From Candidatus Magasanikiibacteriota bacterium (lineage in GTDB: Bacteria; Patescibacteriota; Patescibacteriia; Magasanikbacterales; GWA2-37-8), in NCBI GenBank assembly GCA_016189025.1, contig JACPGS010000018.1, forward strand, positions 6,921-70,920: a stretch of DNA of 64,000 nucleotides, in the 5' to 3' direction. The notes under the pieces were generated by a model. That model was given only the letters and a program-made list of their open reading frames with translations, had not been told where the DNA came from and ran no database searches. Made by a program: the position numbers and the translations under genes. Shown in pieces: positions 19,204 through 29,179 of this stretch (position 1 is the stretch's first letter; every line of letters starts with the position of its first letter).

Positions 19204-21012
19204 TTATCGTTTCAGCACTGCCAGGTAGGCCTCGGGGGGAATGGCTATTTTGCCCCGCGCCTGCATTTTCTTTTTGCCTTTCTTTTGCTTCTTCAGCAGC
19301 TTCATTTTGCGCGTTACGTCGCCGCCGCTCATTTTGGCCAGCACATCTTTGCGCAGAGCCGGCAGACGTTCGGCAGCGATAATTTTACCGCCGATCGCCG
19401 CCTGAATTTTTAATTCAAACTGCTGGCGGGGAAGCGTTTCTTTAAGCGACGCAACGATTTTTTTGCCGGCTGCGTAGGCGCTATCGCGCCAGACCAGCAT
19501 CGCCAGGGCCTCTACCGGCTCTTCGGCCACCAGAATATCCAGCCGCACCACGTCGGTCGGCTCATATTCTTTCAGTTCATAATTCATGGAGCCGTAGCCG
19601 GAAGTGACGGTTTTTAGTTTATCATAAAAATCGGTTACCAGCGAGGCCAGGGGGATTTGGTAATGCAGCAGCGCGCGCTGATCGGCGCCGGCGCTTAAAT
19701 ACTCGGTATTTAGGTAGCGGCCTTTGCGTTCGGAGGCCAGCCCCATAACGGGGCCGACAAATTCCTTGGGCGCGATAATATCCAGCGCCATCCAGGGTTC
19801 GGCGATCGCGGCAAGATAATTTGACTCGGGCAGCTCTTGGGGGCTGCGCACCACCAGCTCCTCTCCCTTTTGGTTGGTTACCCGATAGGCGACGCTCGGC
19901 ACGGTAATGGTAATCGCCAGGCCGAACTCGCGGCGCAGCCGCTCCTGGAAAATGTCCAGGTGCAGCATTCCCAAAAATCCGCAGCGAAAGCCAAAACCCA
20001 GGGCCGGCGAATGTTCCGGCTCATAAATCAGCGCCGCGTCATTCAGTTTGAGTTTATTCAGGGCCTCGCGCAGTTCCTGGTAGGCATCGCCTTCCCGGGG
20101 GAAGACGCCGGCAAATACCATCGGTTTGACTTCGCGATAGCCGGGAAGCGGAGAGCGGGCGGGGTTAGCTGTTTGGGTAATAGTATCGCCCACCCGGCAC
20201 TCCGGCACATTTTTTAAGCCGGTCATCACATAGCCAATTTCGCCGTTCTGGAGTTTTCCGGCTGGGGTAAATTTAGGGGTATAGTACCCCAGCTCCAGAA
20301 TTTCTGCCATGGCGCCGGTCGCCATCAGGACAATCCGGTCGCCTTTGTTCAGCCCCCCGTCTACCACCCGCACCGAAGTTACCACCCCCTTATACTCATT
20401 AAACTGTGAGTCAAAAATCAGGGCGCGGGCGGGTTGGCTGCCGTGATCCGGCGGCGCAGGCACGCGTTCAATTACCGCTTGTAAAATATCGGCCACCCCG
20501 GCCCCGGTTTTTCCCGACGCCAAAATAATTTCTTCCGGCCGGCAGCCGAGCAGGTTAACTATTTCTTCTTTAGTTTTTTCCACGTTGGCAATCGCCAGAT
20601 CAATTTTGTTGATGACCGGAATAATCGTTAAATTTTGTTCCAGCGCCAGGTAGAGGTTGCCGATGGTTTGCGCCTGCACGCCCTGGGTGGCATCCACTAA
20701 AAGTATGGCGCCCTCTACCGCAGCCAGCGACCGAGATACTTCGTAGTTGAAGTCTACGTGTCCGGGAGTGTCAATTAAGTTTAAAATGTAGTCAGTTGTC
20801 ATTCCCGCTTGATATTTCATTCTTACCGGCGCTAGTTTAATGGTAATGCCGCGCTCCCGCTCCAGATCCATGGAATTCAACAGCTGTTCTTTCATTTCGC
20901 GCTTGGCCACCGTGCCGGTAATTTCCAAAAAACGATCAGCCAGGGTGGATTTGCCGTGGTCAATATGGGCAATGATGCAGAAGTTTCGGATGTGTTCAGT
21001 GGCGCTTGACAT
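19204..21012 (-). CDS. lepA: Elongation factor 4 (LepA)
   Basis: IRNFCIIAHIDHGKSTLADR, DTPGHVDF, GFRCGFLG.LH and GGD.TRK motifs. Confidence 0.97.
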   Translation of the reverse strand: MSSATEHIRNFCIIAHIDHGKSTLADRFLEITGTVAKREMKEQLLNSMDLERERGITIKLAPVRMKYQAGMTTDYILNLIDTPGHVDFNYEVSRSLAAVEGAILLVDATQGVQAQTIGNLYLALEQNLTIIPVINKIDLAIANVEKTKEEIVNLLGCRPEEIILASGKTGAGVADILQAVIERVPAPPDHGSQPARALIFDSQFNEYKGVVTSVRVVDGGLNKGDRIVLMATGAMAEILELGYYTPKFTPAGKLQNGEIGYVMTGLKNVPECRVGDTITQTANPARSPLPGYREVKPMVFAGVFPREGDAYQELREALNKLKLNDAALIYEPEHSPALGFGFRCGFLGMLHLDIFQERLRREFGLAITITVPSVAYRVTNQKGEELVVRSPQELPESNYLAAIAEPWMALDIIAPKEFVGPVMGLASERKGRYLNTEYLSAGADQRALLHYQIPLASLVTDFYDKLKTVTSGYGSMNYELKEYEPTDVVRLDILVAEEPVEALAMLVWRDSAYAAGKKIVASLKETLPRQQFELKIQAAIGGKIIAAERLPALRKDVLAKMSGGDVTRKMKLLKKQKKGKKKMQARGKIAIPPEAYLAVLKR

Positions 21013-21075
21013 AAAGCGATAATAGCGGTAGGATGTAAGTTTCTAGGAGGAAAACCAAGAAAGAGGAGGGGACCA

Positions 21076-21645
21076 ATGGCCCGCAAAAGAAAGGTATTTC
21101 CGGTATTCAGGCAAGATACTCGCCAGCTGGAGGCAGTAAAACCTAGAGGGAAGCAGGCCAGGCGGGCATTCAGAGCTCGATACAAACGGGTACGACGGGA
21201 TCTTAAGTCTGCTCTGAATTCGCTGCCGTCGCCTCCGGCAGCAGTCGGTTCTCGTTCCGCACCGCCGCTCCCATCCGCTCCCCAGCCGCCCGTAGCAGCC
21301 CCGCCTCCGCCGCCGGTGGCTTCCCGCGCACCGCGTTCCCCGGCGCTTCCCGCCTCCGCCATCCGCCCACTGGAACTGCCTGGGGAAACCGGCGTAGTTT
21401 GGTGGGGGCGCGAGGTTCCCTGGTGGTTGGCGGCGTATGCCATTACAGCAGCAGCAGCAGTATGTAGCCTGGTTTTGGTCGTCGTATCCTATGCCCATCC
21501 CTGGGCCGGGTACTTCGGCCTCGGCCCGGTCAGCGGACTGGCCGCTACCTGGGCAGCGGTTTATTCCTTGGTTTGGATCGGCAAGCGCCGGGTCCGGGCC
21601 AGAAAAACCGTTGCCCGCAGTAAACCGCGTTCTCGGCGTATCTGA
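21076..21645 (+). CDS. Hypothetical protein (basic, Pro-rich, two C-terminal TMs)
   Basis: 189-aa ORF preceded by GAGGAGG SD. Confidence 0.5.
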   Translation: MARKRKVFPVFRQDTRQLEAVKPRGKQARRAFRARYKRVRRDLKSALNSLPSPPAAVGSRSAPPLPSAPQPPVAAPPPPPVASRAPRSPALPASAIRPLELPGETGVVWWGREVPWWLAAYAITAAAAVCSLVLVVVSYAHPWAGYFGLGPVSGLAATWAAVYSLVWIGKRRVRARKTVARSKPRSRRI

Positions 21646-21771
21646 CCGCCGAGACCAGGTTTATCCCTTTTATGCCGGCGTTCGCGAATCATGCGGACGC
21701 CGGCGTTCTCGTTTTGGTTTGACTTTCTAAACCTATATGGTAGGGTTAAGCATAACAAGGAGGAGGTATCC

Positions 21772-21903
21772 ATGGCAACCTGGCGCGAATGGATTTTGGA
21801 CATCATCGCCCGGCGGGCCAGTTGGCCAGCGGGGTTCCTGGGGCTCATGGTGGCCACCGTGCTGTGGGCGCTCAACCCGCAGCGGGGAAAATTCCCCTGG
21901 TAG
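21772..21903 (+). CDS. Small hydrophobic protein, 43 aa
   Basis: AAGGAGGAGG SD before ATG; MATWREWILDIIARRASWPAGFLGLMVATVLWALNPQRGKFPW. Confidence 0.55.
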   Translation: MATWREWILDIIARRASWPAGFLGLMVATVLWALNPQRGKFPW

Positions 21904-21915
21904 GAGGGAGGAAAG

Positions 21916-22032
21916 ATGGCGATCATCGATCTGCTGATCGGTCTGGCCGAAGTCTTGCTCGGCCTTATCCGCGCCTGGTTCTATGCGGCCCGAGCGTGGG
22001 CGAATGAACCAGTGGTTTGGCGACCTGCCTAG
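21916..22032 (+). CDS. Small hydrophobic protein, 38 aa
   Basis: GGAGGGAGG SD; MAIIDLLIGLAEVLLGLIRAWFYAARAWANEPVVWRPA. Confidence 0.5.
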   Translation: MAIIDLLIGLAEVLLGLIRAWFYAARAWANEPVVWRPA

Positions 22033-22058
22033 AGCTGCGTCGCAAAAAGGAGAACGAG

Positions 22059-22172
22059 ATGGAAACGCTCCAGGAGTTATTGCAGACTAAGTTCATTGTA
22101 GTCACCCTGGTCATGTTGGTGATCGTGGGGATCATCTTCTTCTGGCCCCGGAGCGACCGGCGCATGAAGTGA
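22059..22172 (+). CDS. Small single-TM protein, 37 aa
   Basis: AAGGAG SD; METLQELLQTKFIVVTLVMLVIVGIIFFWPRSDRRMK. Confidence 0.6.
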   Translation: METLQELLQTKFIVVTLVMLVIVGIIFFWPRSDRRMK

Positions 22173-22263
22173 TCCTGGCGATCGGCAAGAAGGGGGACCA
22201 GCGCCCGAAAGGCGCCGCCGGCGTTCGTGATGTTCACGGGCGCCGGCAAGCTTTTTAAGCTGG

Positions 22264-23883
22264 CTATATTTGTTCCGCTTCGTCAATTCCCGCCGGCACC
22301 TGCCATAGCCGCAGCCAGCGCCGCTTTAAGCTCGCCTGCAACTGAATCATTTCTTCCAGTTTTAATATCCGGCACAGCAGAGCGTAAACAGCCAGGCCGC
22401 CGCTGCCGGCAAGCAATCCCCACCAGAATACGCCGGTCCAGCGCGTGGTATTCAGCAGGTAAGACAGCAGATATTTTAATAACTGGACCGTGAGGGCCAT
22501 TCCCAGTCCGGCGCCGGTAATTTTATACAACAAAGTAATTAATTTATCTTCCGCCAGCTCGCCGCGCTCCAGGCGCAGTCCGGCATAGAGTAGCACCGCA
22601 TTAATAATCGCGCCGAGGCTTCCCGCTAGCGCCAGCCCGGCCACTCCCAGCCGCCGCATCAGAAATACCGCGGCGGTGATGCTCCCGGCTTCGGCAATTA
22701 AACCCATCAGGAACGGAGTGCGGGTGTTGGCGAGGGCGTAAAAGGCGCGGGCCAGGAGCGGAATGAGTCCTTGGGCAAACAGTCCCAGGGCAAAAAACGC
22801 CAGGGCGTCGGCCGTGGCGATGGTGGCGTCCCAGTTAAATTGGCCGCTGCCCAAAACCACCCGCACAATTTGGGCGCGCAACAGGAGCAGCAGAATAGTG
22901 GCCGGAGCAGTAAGGAATAAAATTTGCCGGATGGTGCGGGCCAGATGCTCGCCGAAAGCGGCGCGGTCGCCCCCGGCGGCGGTTTGCGAGAGCAGAGGGA
23001 ACACGGCGAGAGCAAAAGGAATGGCAATTAAGCCGGTAGCCACGGCCTGCAGGTTATTGGCGAAGTTATATACGGCAACACTGCCGGAAGTCAAAAGTGA
23101 AGCCAAAAAGGTGATAATCACCGCATTGAACTGGGTCATTGCCAGGCCCAGGGTGCGCGGCAGCATCAGGCGCCCCACCCGGCGAGTAGCCGAATCGTAT
23201 AAATTAACAATTCCCTGCCAGCGCCAACCCACCCGCCAGGCGCCGTAGATTTGGCTTAACGCATGGAGGCTGGCGCCGCCCACCACCCCCCAGCCGAGCG
23301 CTACCGGCGCGAGCCGGAATTCGCCCACCAGCATGGCACCGGCAATAATTCCCAGATTATAAAGTACGGGCGCCAGCGAATAGATAACAAACCGGCGCAG
23401 CGACTGCAAAACCCCTCCCATTACCATGGCAATGCCGAATAAAATAGGGGAGAGCAGCATCAGGCGGGTCAGCTGGATGGTTAAGTTTTTGGTAGATTCG
23501 GCAAATCCCGGGGCGAGGAGCGGCACGAAGAGAGGCGCGGCAATCGCGGCAATTGCCGCGAGGATAATCAAAATCAAAACGCCCAGATTAAGGACGTTAT
23601 TCGCCAGCCGCCAGGCCGGCATTTTATTCGCGCCGGCGTAGAAGAGTTTAGTGAAAGTGGGGATGAAGCCGGCGGTGAGCGCGCCGACAATCAGCAGATT
23701 ATAGAGGAGATCAGGGATTTTGAAGGCGGCGTAGTAGGCGTCCAGTACGGGCCCGGCGCCGAAGTAATGGGCCAGCGCTCGGTCGCGCAGCAGCCCCACC
23801 AGGCGGCTCGCCAAGGTAGCGCCGCTAATTACCACCGCGGCGCCGGTAACGGACTTTGATTCGGCCGAAAGAAACTTCAACAC
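22264..23883 (-). CDS. murJ: Lipid II flippase MurJ
   Basis: SR..GL.RD..A..FGAG..DAY.AAFKIP and AFYA..NT.TP motifs; GTG at 23883 is the likely start. Confidence 0.94.
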   Translation of the reverse strand: MLKFLSAESKSVTGAAVVISGATLASRLVGLLRDRALAHYFGAGPVLDAYYAAFKIPDLLYNLLIVGALTAGFIPTFTKLFYAGANKMPAWRLANNVLNLGVLILIILAAIAAIAAPLFVPLLAPGFAESTKNLTIQLTRLMLLSPILFGIAMVMGGVLQSLRRFVIYSLAPVLYNLGIIAGAMLVGEFRLAPVALGWGVVGGASLHALSQIYGAWRVGWRWQGIVNLYDSATRRVGRLMLPRTLGLAMTQFNAVIITFLASLLTSGSVAVYNFANNLQAVATGLIAIPFALAVFPLLSQTAAGGDRAAFGEHLARTIRQILFLTAPATILLLLLRAQIVRVVLGSGQFNWDATIATADALAFFALGLFAQGLIPLLARAFYALANTRTPFLMGLIAEAGSITAAVFLMRRLGVAGLALAGSLGAIINAVLLYAGLRLERGELAEDKLITLLYKITGAGLGMALTVQLLKYLLSYLLNTTRWTGVFWWGLLAGSGGLAVYALLCRILKLEEMIQLQASLKRRWLRLWQVPAGIDEAEQI

Positions 23884-23890
23884 AAATTTT

Positions 23891-24514
23891 TCACCTCGGC
23901 ACCTGTACAATTAGCGTGGCGCGGGGGGTAAAAGTAGCGCGCTTTACTCCTTCCACGGTCAGCATGCCGGCGCCGCCGCCCGGGCGTTTGAAGGTAAGCT
24001 TGCGTGAGGGGCCCTTTTTTTCTGTTACTTCTACGGTATAATTGGCGCCGGTCAGATTTTTTTCGTAGTAAGAGAAAACAAAATCAGGATCCGCGGTCAT
24101 ATTTTTCCATTCAATGCGGATGGTGTCGGGGTATCCGGGCAGCGCCGGCCAATCCGGATCAAGCGTCAGCGCCGGCGCCACAAAAAATTGGGTAAACAGC
24201 GAGTGGAGCGGCGCGGGGAGGAGATTAGCAATCAACTGGGTGCGGTAGCGGTAAACCCCGGAAGTAAAAACAACGCGGCTGATGGAGTCGCGGTCATAGA
24301 GGGGGATAGTGCTGGGGAAGGCAGTAGGCGGATTGCGCGTAATTACTGCGCCCTTCCCAATAAACAGGCGGAGGCCGAGGGCCGCGGCCGCCGCCGAAAT
24401 AATCAGGCCGACCAAACCCAACAACAACCCTCTGGTCCAGGGGCGGTTGCGCTTGGTGAGCTCCTGAATCGGCGGCTCCACGATTTGCACTTTTTCTAAA
24501 TTCGGTTTTTTCAC
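23891..24514 (-). CDS. Hypothetical membrane-anchored protein
   Basis: 207-aa ORF with one TM, co-oriented with murJ. Confidence 0.6.
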   Translation of the reverse strand: MKKPNLEKVQIVEPPIQELTKRNRPWTRGLLLGLVGLIISAAAAALGLRLFIGKGAVITRNPPTAFPSTIPLYDRDSISRVVFTSGVYRYRTQLIANLLPAPLHSLFTQFFVAPALTLDPDWPALPGYPDTIRIEWKNMTADPDFVFSYYEKNLTGANYTVEVTEKKGPSRKLTFKRPGGGAGMLTVEGVKRATFTPRATLIVQVPR

Positions 24515-24545
24515 AGATTTTAATTACGGAACTACTATATTTCTG

Positions 24546-24634
24546 GTCGCTCGGTTGTGGTAGACACCCCCCCGTGCTCCCCCCGCCTACGCGAGGGTGC
24601 GCGCGCAGGGAACCCGTCTACCACTCCCTCGCTC
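24546..24634 (+). repeat. Dispersed structured repeat family A
   Basis: Near-identical to the copies at 14775, 29056, 34519 and 38460. Confidence 0.88.
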
Positions 24635-24714
24635 GGTTTCGTAATTCAAAGTAATGATACTCATTACGTTCACATATTCTAGCAGATGCCTGGCGGTTTG
24701 GCTAGAGGGCAAAC

Positions 24715-24744
24715 AAAAAATCCCGACTTAATCGGGATTTTTTG
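24715..24744. terminator. Intrinsic terminator
   Basis: AAAAAATCCCGA-CTTAA-TCGGGATTTTTT. Confidence 0.75.
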
Positions 24745-24877
24745 TGCTCATTCAGACCGTCTCGCTACTGTCATTCCCATCAAAATGGGAATCCATCGGA
24801 CAGTCGGAAAATTGCGTGCCGGGGAGAGTTTGTTGCTCGAGCCTCCCCCCGGCAGGCGGCTCGGCGCTGGCCAGGCG

Positions 24878-25606
24878 CTAATGCTTGGCCGTCTTTTTCT
24901 CCTTTGCTCCTTTGGGCACGGGGCAGAGCTCGGGCACGCTCACCCCGTTCACGGCATCGTAGCTGTTGTTGAAGTTCATTGCCCAGTCGGTGTGGTGCCA
25001 GTCCGTGGCCAGGTGCTTCTTGTGGAAGTAGATGACCACGTACTGTCCTGCGTGCTCTTCTCCATCCTCGCGGGCCGGTTCCACGGTCTGGACCAGACCG
25101 TTGGGAAGCTCGGCGAGCACCGGGAAGATACCGGCGTCGTAGGTGGTACCGTTCCAGACCCTGGCTTCGGCATCCAGGAAGGCCATCGCGTTGTAGCGCG
25201 CGACGTATCGGCACTTGACCTTGCTGCCCCGGTACTTCAGAACTTCGTCGCGCGTCAGGTACGTCTTGGCCGCTCTCTCTTCGATCTGGCTCGGCATCCC
25301 GAAGGCCGCGCGAAATTCCTCCTTCAGGTTGTCGCCGTCGAGCGTCGCGGTCTGCACCTCGCCGGTATTCGGATTCACGACCGCGAGGTTCACGCCGCCT
25401 GCGGGCGCCGGCTGTTCCGGGGCGGCCTGGAGCGCGCTGGCGTCCGGCGGCGTCCGGATCCGCGCCGCCTCGGGGATGCCCACGTTGCCGTTGCCCGAGA
25501 CCACCGGCGCCTGGGCGCACCTGCTGTCGAGGGCGAGCGCGAGGTACAGCATGAAGCCGCCCAGCACCAGCGTCGCCACGAACGGAGGCCAATTTGTCTT
25601 CTTCAT
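24878..25606 (-). CDS. Hypothetical exported or membrane-anchored protein (GC-rich orphan)
   Basis: AAGGAG SD, ATG at 25606, N-terminal hydrophobic segment, strong G/C third-position bias. Confidence 0.7.
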   Translation of the reverse strand: MKKTNWPPFVATLVLGGFMLYLALALDSRCAQAPVVSGNGNVGIPEAARIRTPPDASALQAAPEQPAPAGGVNLAVVNPNTGEVQTATLDGDNLKEEFRAAFGMPSQIEERAAKTYLTRDEVLKYRGSKVKCRYVARYNAMAFLDAEARVWNGTTYDAGIFPVLAELPNGLVQTVEPAREDGEEHAGQYVVIYFHKKHLATDWHHTDWAMNFNNSYDAVNGVSVPELCPVPKGAKEKKTAKH

Positions 25607-25704
25607 TGAAGTTCTCCTTTTTCTCCGGATTCCTTTCCGGTAGCAAGAAGCCACTGGACTTCCTCTTACCGGAGGGGAATGCCGGAATTGGCTAAAAAGA
25701 ACAA

Positions 25705-25756
25705 TAACAGCCTAGTTTAGCATAAAATTGCCTATTTGTCAAGCCCCTGGTACAAT
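25705..25756. promoter_or_regulatory. Overlapping divergent sigma-70-type promoters
   Basis: Minus strand TTGACA-17-TAAACT; plus strand TTGCCT-17-TACAAT ending 8 nt before the ATG at 25765. Confidence 0.65.
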
Positions 25757-25764
25757 GATCCGGT

Positions 25765-27210
25765 ATGTTTCTTACGTTTTACGGAGCGGCGCGGGAGGTG
25801 ACCGGGTCTTGCACTTTGGTTGAGGTAGGGGATAAGCGGTTTTTGGTAGACTGCGGCATGTTCCAGGGCGGGCATTTTAACGAGGTCAAAAACGCCGAGC
25901 CGTTTCCTTTTGATCCGGCGTCGTTAGACGCGGTTTTTGTTACTCACGCTCACCTTGACCATATCGGACGTTTGCCGCTACTCGTCAAGCAGGGATTCCG
26001 CGGCACGATCTATGCTACTGCCCCCACCATTGATCTCTTGGAGCTTATTTTAGAAGACGCCCATGCGGTGATGGAGTATGATCATCGCAAACTGGGTCAC
26101 CCGGTGCTTTATGAACGCGAGGATATTGCGCAAGTGCGCGGAGCCTGCCGGAAGGTGGAGTACGGCACTCCAGTTGTCATTCCTGCCCCCGATTTGTCAT
26201 CCCCGCGCAAGCGGGGATCCAGACGAGGGCAGGCTGCAGTAGGGATTTCATTGCTGGATTCCCGCTTACGCGGGAATGACATCAAAGTCGTCTTTCACGA
26301 CGTCGGCCACATCCTTGGTTCCGCTTTTATTGAGATTAGGGCCAACGGCAAACGCGTGGTATTTTCCGGCGATATCGGCAATGCTAATGCCCCCATTGTG
26401 CGCGATACCGAACCGCTGCCGCCGGAGCTGGATGCGCTGGTTTGCGAATCCACCTACGGCAATCGCATTCACGAGTCGGGGAGTCTGCGCCAGGAAATTA
26501 TTGAACGCGAGGTGCTGGCGGCTTTGCGCCGGGGCGGAGTATTGATGATTCCTTCGTTTTCGCTGGAACGCACGCAAGAGCTGATTTATGAACTCAATAA
26601 TTTAATTGATCGCGAGCATCGCCTGCCGGTGGTGCCGATTTTTCTGGATAGCCCCCTGGCTATCGGCGCCCTTAAAGTTTATCGCCAATATCATCAGTAT
26701 TATGATGAGGAGGCCACGCGTTTGTTCCAGGGCGGCGACGACCTGTTCCAATTCCCCGGACTGCAGCTGACCGCCACTACCGAGGAATCCAAACGCATCA
26801 ACCAAGTGCCGGCCCCCAAAATTATTATTGCCGGCGCCGGGATGATGAACGGCGGGCGCATCGTGCATCATGCGCTGCGCTATTTGTCGGATCCTAAAAG
26901 CACGCTCCTTATTATCGGCTACCAGGCCGCCGGGACTTTGGGGCGGGAAATTTTAGAGGGCAATTCGCCGGTGACGGTAATGGGGGAACGCGTTCCCGTA
27001 CGTTGTAGAGTGCGGGCAATCGGCGCCCTGTCGGCCCACGCTGACCAGGAAAAACTACTGGACTGGATCGGCGGCGGTCTGGCCACCCCCAAAAAAGTTT
27101 ATTTGAATCACGGCGAACCGCCTGCCAGCGAGGCGCTCGCCAAACGTCTGACCGCGGAGCTTGGCATTAAGGCGACGGTGGTGAACCATGGTCTTAAAGT
27201 GGAGGTGTAG
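25765..27210 (+). CDS. MBL-fold beta-CASP ribonuclease with in-frame palindromic insertion
   Basis: GAAREVTGS, THAHLDHIG, GHILGS, SGDIG, ESTYG, SAHAD and HGE motifs. Confidence 0.92.
   Translation: MFLTFYGAAREVTGSCTLVEVGDKRFLVDCGMFQGGHFNEVKNAEPFPFDPASLDAVFVTHAHLDHIGRLPLLVKQGFRGTIYATAPTIDLLELILEDAHAVMEYDHRKLGHPVLYEREDIAQVRGACRKVEYGTPVVIPAPDLSSPRKRGSRRGQAAVGISLLDSRLRGNDIKVVFHDVGHILGSAFIEIRANGKRVVFSGDIGNANAPIVRDTEPLPPELDALVCESTYGNRIHESGSLRQEIIEREVLAALRRGGVLMIPSFSLERTQELIYELNNLIDREHRLPVVPIFLDSPLAIGALKVYRQYHQYYDEEATRLFQGGDDLFQFPGLQLTATTEESKRINQVPAPKIIIAGAGMMNGGRIVHHALRYLSDPKSTLLIIGYQAAGTLGREILEGNSPVTVMGERVPVRCRVRAIGALSAHADQEKLLDWIGGGLATPKKVYLNHGEPPASEALAKRLTAELGIKATVVNHGLKVEV
26175..26281. repeat. 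Family C palindromic element inserted in frame in the CDS
   Basis: TGTCATTCC...GGGAATGACA, read as VIPAPDLSSPRKRGSRRGQAAVGISLLDSRLRGND. Confidence 0.85.
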
Positions 27211-27270
27211 GGTATTGACAAGTATTTTTGGGATGGTAAGATAAAATAGTCTTTTGAATATTTTTTAAGT

Positions 27271-27519
27271 ATGGATGAAGATAAGGTAATTTTAAAATTA
27301 TTGGAACACGATGATCGATTGGAGCGGATTGAGCAGCGGATGGCGACGAAGGATGATATTAGAGAGGTCATGAAAACTCTAGAGGTTGTTGTGACCGAAA
27401 TTAAACGAATCCGTGAGGATCATGTTTTTGCTATTGAATGGCTTAAACGTCTGCCATCGCAGGTGGAGCGGCAAGAAGATGATATCCGTCAGATTAAGTT
27501 GAAATTAGCGATGGCTTAA
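27271..27519 (+). CDS. Small coiled-coil hypothetical protein
   Basis: 82 aa, MATKDD motif, upstream TTGACA promoter-like sequence. Confidence 0.65.
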   Translation: MDEDKVILKLLEHDDRLERIEQRMATKDDIREVMKTLEVVVTEIKRIREDHVFAIEWLKRLPSQVERQEDDIRQIKLKLAMA

Positions 27520-27580
27520 GGGTAGTTATCCACAGTCCCGACCAAGTCGGGGCTTTTTTGTTTTGGTTGAGCGAAAAATA

Positions 27581-27656
27581 AAGTGGGGGGAGGTGGTTGA
27601 CGCGGTTATAGAAGTGGTGTAAAATGGATATTAGTGGGGAATTGTGGTGAAATGGT
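27581..27656 (+). promoter_or_regulatory. mraZ promoter with GTGG(G) repeats (putative MraZ operator)
   Basis: GTGGG/GTGGT repeats at about 10-nt spacing around TTGACG...TAAAAT. Confidence 0.7.
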
Positions 27657-27712
27657 AAAAATGCTTGTCTTACCATACTTGCCTCGCCGTTGCGGCTAGG
27701 CGTTTTTCCCCT

Positions 27713-28144
27713 ATGTTCATTGGCGAATACACTCACAATCGGGACGAAAAAGGGCGGGTGGCGATACCCGTTAAATTTCGCGCCGCTTTGCAAAAAGGGG
27801 CAGTGATCACCCGCGGCCTGGACAGCTGTTTGTTTCTCTTCACTAAATCCGAGTGGGAGAAACTGGCAGGTAAATTGGCTGCCCTGCCCTTAAGCCAGGC
27901 TAACAGCCGCGCTTTCGCCCGTTTAATGCTCGCCGGCGCCATGGCGGTTGAGGCGGATCGCCAGGGGCGGGTGATGCTGCCCGAGTACCTGCGTGACTTT
28001 GCGCGCCTCGGCAAGCAGGTAGTGATTGCCGGCTTGTACACGCGGCTGGAGATTTGGGATGCCGCCGCCTGGCAGCGGTATAAAGCAGAGACCGAAGCCG
28101 AGAGCGGACCGATTGCCGAGCAATTGGCAGAGCTGGGGGTATAG
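27713..28144 (+). CDS. mraZ: Transcriptional regulator MraZ
   Basis: MFIGEY.H..D.KGR..IP.KFR and D.QGR..LP motifs; ATG at 27713. Confidence 0.96.
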   Translation: MFIGEYTHNRDEKGRVAIPVKFRAALQKGAVITRGLDSCLFLFTKSEWEKLAGKLAALPLSQANSRAFARLMLAGAMAVEADRQGRVMLPEYLRDFARLGKQVVIAGLYTRLEIWDAAAWQRYKAETEAESGPIAEQLAELGV

Positions 28145-28149
28145 TTTTT

Positions 28150-29073
28150 ATGCCTCATGTGCCGGTCTTGGCGAGCGAAGTGATTACCGCGTTACAACTT
28201 TGCTCCGGGATGCTGGTAGTGGATTGTACTCTGGGAGACGGCGGACACGCCGAGGCAATTCTGGAAGCGATCGGCCCTAACGGGAAATTGCTGGGATTAG
28301 ATGCGGATGCCGAATCGTTAGCGCGCGCCGGCAAGCGGTTAGCGCGTTTCCGCAAGCAAATAACTTTGGTAAACGATAATTTTGCTCATTTAGAGAAGAT
28401 AATTCAGCAACAAAAATTCGGCCCGGTCAACGCTATCCTGATGGATTTGGGCTGGTCCTCTACCCAGTTTGCGGAGAGTGGTCGCGGGTTCAGTTTCCAG
28501 GGCGATGAGCCGCTGGATATGAGATATGATCCGGGAATGACACGAGAGACGGCGGCGGAGATTGTGAACCGATTCAGCGAGCCGGAGTTGATGAAAATTT
28601 TTAAACAGTACGGCGAGGAGAAGTTTAGCCAAGCCATTGCCGCGGCGATTGTAAAGGAACGTCAACGCCTCCCGATCGCGCGCACCGGGCAGCTAACAGA
28701 AATTATTTTGGCGGTTTATCGGAACCAATTAAAGAGTAAAAAAGAAGTTCCCTGGGTGGGCGGGTTGCATCCGGCAACTAAGATATTCCAGGCTTTGCGG
28801 ATTGCGGTGAACCACGAGCTGGAGGCGCTCCGACAAGCATTACCTCCAGCCGTGGCCGCGCTCGCCCCCTCGGGACGGCTGGCAATCATTACCTTTCATT
28901 CATTAGAAGATCGGATTGTAAAGCAATGGTTTGCCGCGGCGGCGCGGCGGGAAGAAGTGAAATTGATTACTAAAAAGCCGCTGGTGCCGAGCGCGGCAGA
29001 AATCGCCGCCAACCCTCGCGCCCGGAGCGCCAAATTGCGAGTAGTGGAGAAAGTTGTCGCTCGGTCGCGGTAG
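28150..29073 (+). CDS. rsmH: 16S rRNA m4C1402 methyltransferase
   Basis: HVPVL, DCTLG.GGH, DLG.SS.Q, PLDMR, FQALRIAVN, FHSLEDR and NPRARSAKLR motifs. Confidence 0.97.
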   Translation: MPHVPVLASEVITALQLCSGMLVVDCTLGDGGHAEAILEAIGPNGKLLGLDADAESLARAGKRLARFRKQITLVNDNFAHLEKIIQQQKFGPVNAILMDLGWSSTQFAESGRGFSFQGDEPLDMRYDPGMTRETAAEIVNRFSEPELMKIFKQYGEEKFSQAIAAAIVKERQRLPIARTGQLTEIILAVYRNQLKSKKEVPWVGGLHPATKIFQALRIAVNHELEALRQALPPAVAALAPSGRLAIITFHSLEDRIVKQWFAAAARREEVKLITKKPLVPSAAEIAANPRARSAKLRVVEKVVARSR

Positions 29074-29144
29074 ACACCCTCCGTGCTCTCCCGACTTGAG
29101 ATCGGGATGCGCGCGTAGGGAACCCGTCTACCACTCCCTCGCTC
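29056..29144 (+). repeat. Dispersed structured repeat family A, supplying the last codons and stop of rsmH
   Basis: Sequence identity to the other family A copies. Confidence 0.88.
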
Positions 29145-29179
29145 ATTGCGTAATTCAGAGTTATTACAAACTCAACGAT

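Noticed and set aside
27526-27534. DnaA box TTATCCACA as a sign of oriC
   Set aside because: Single box with no cluster and no dnaA or dnaN nearby
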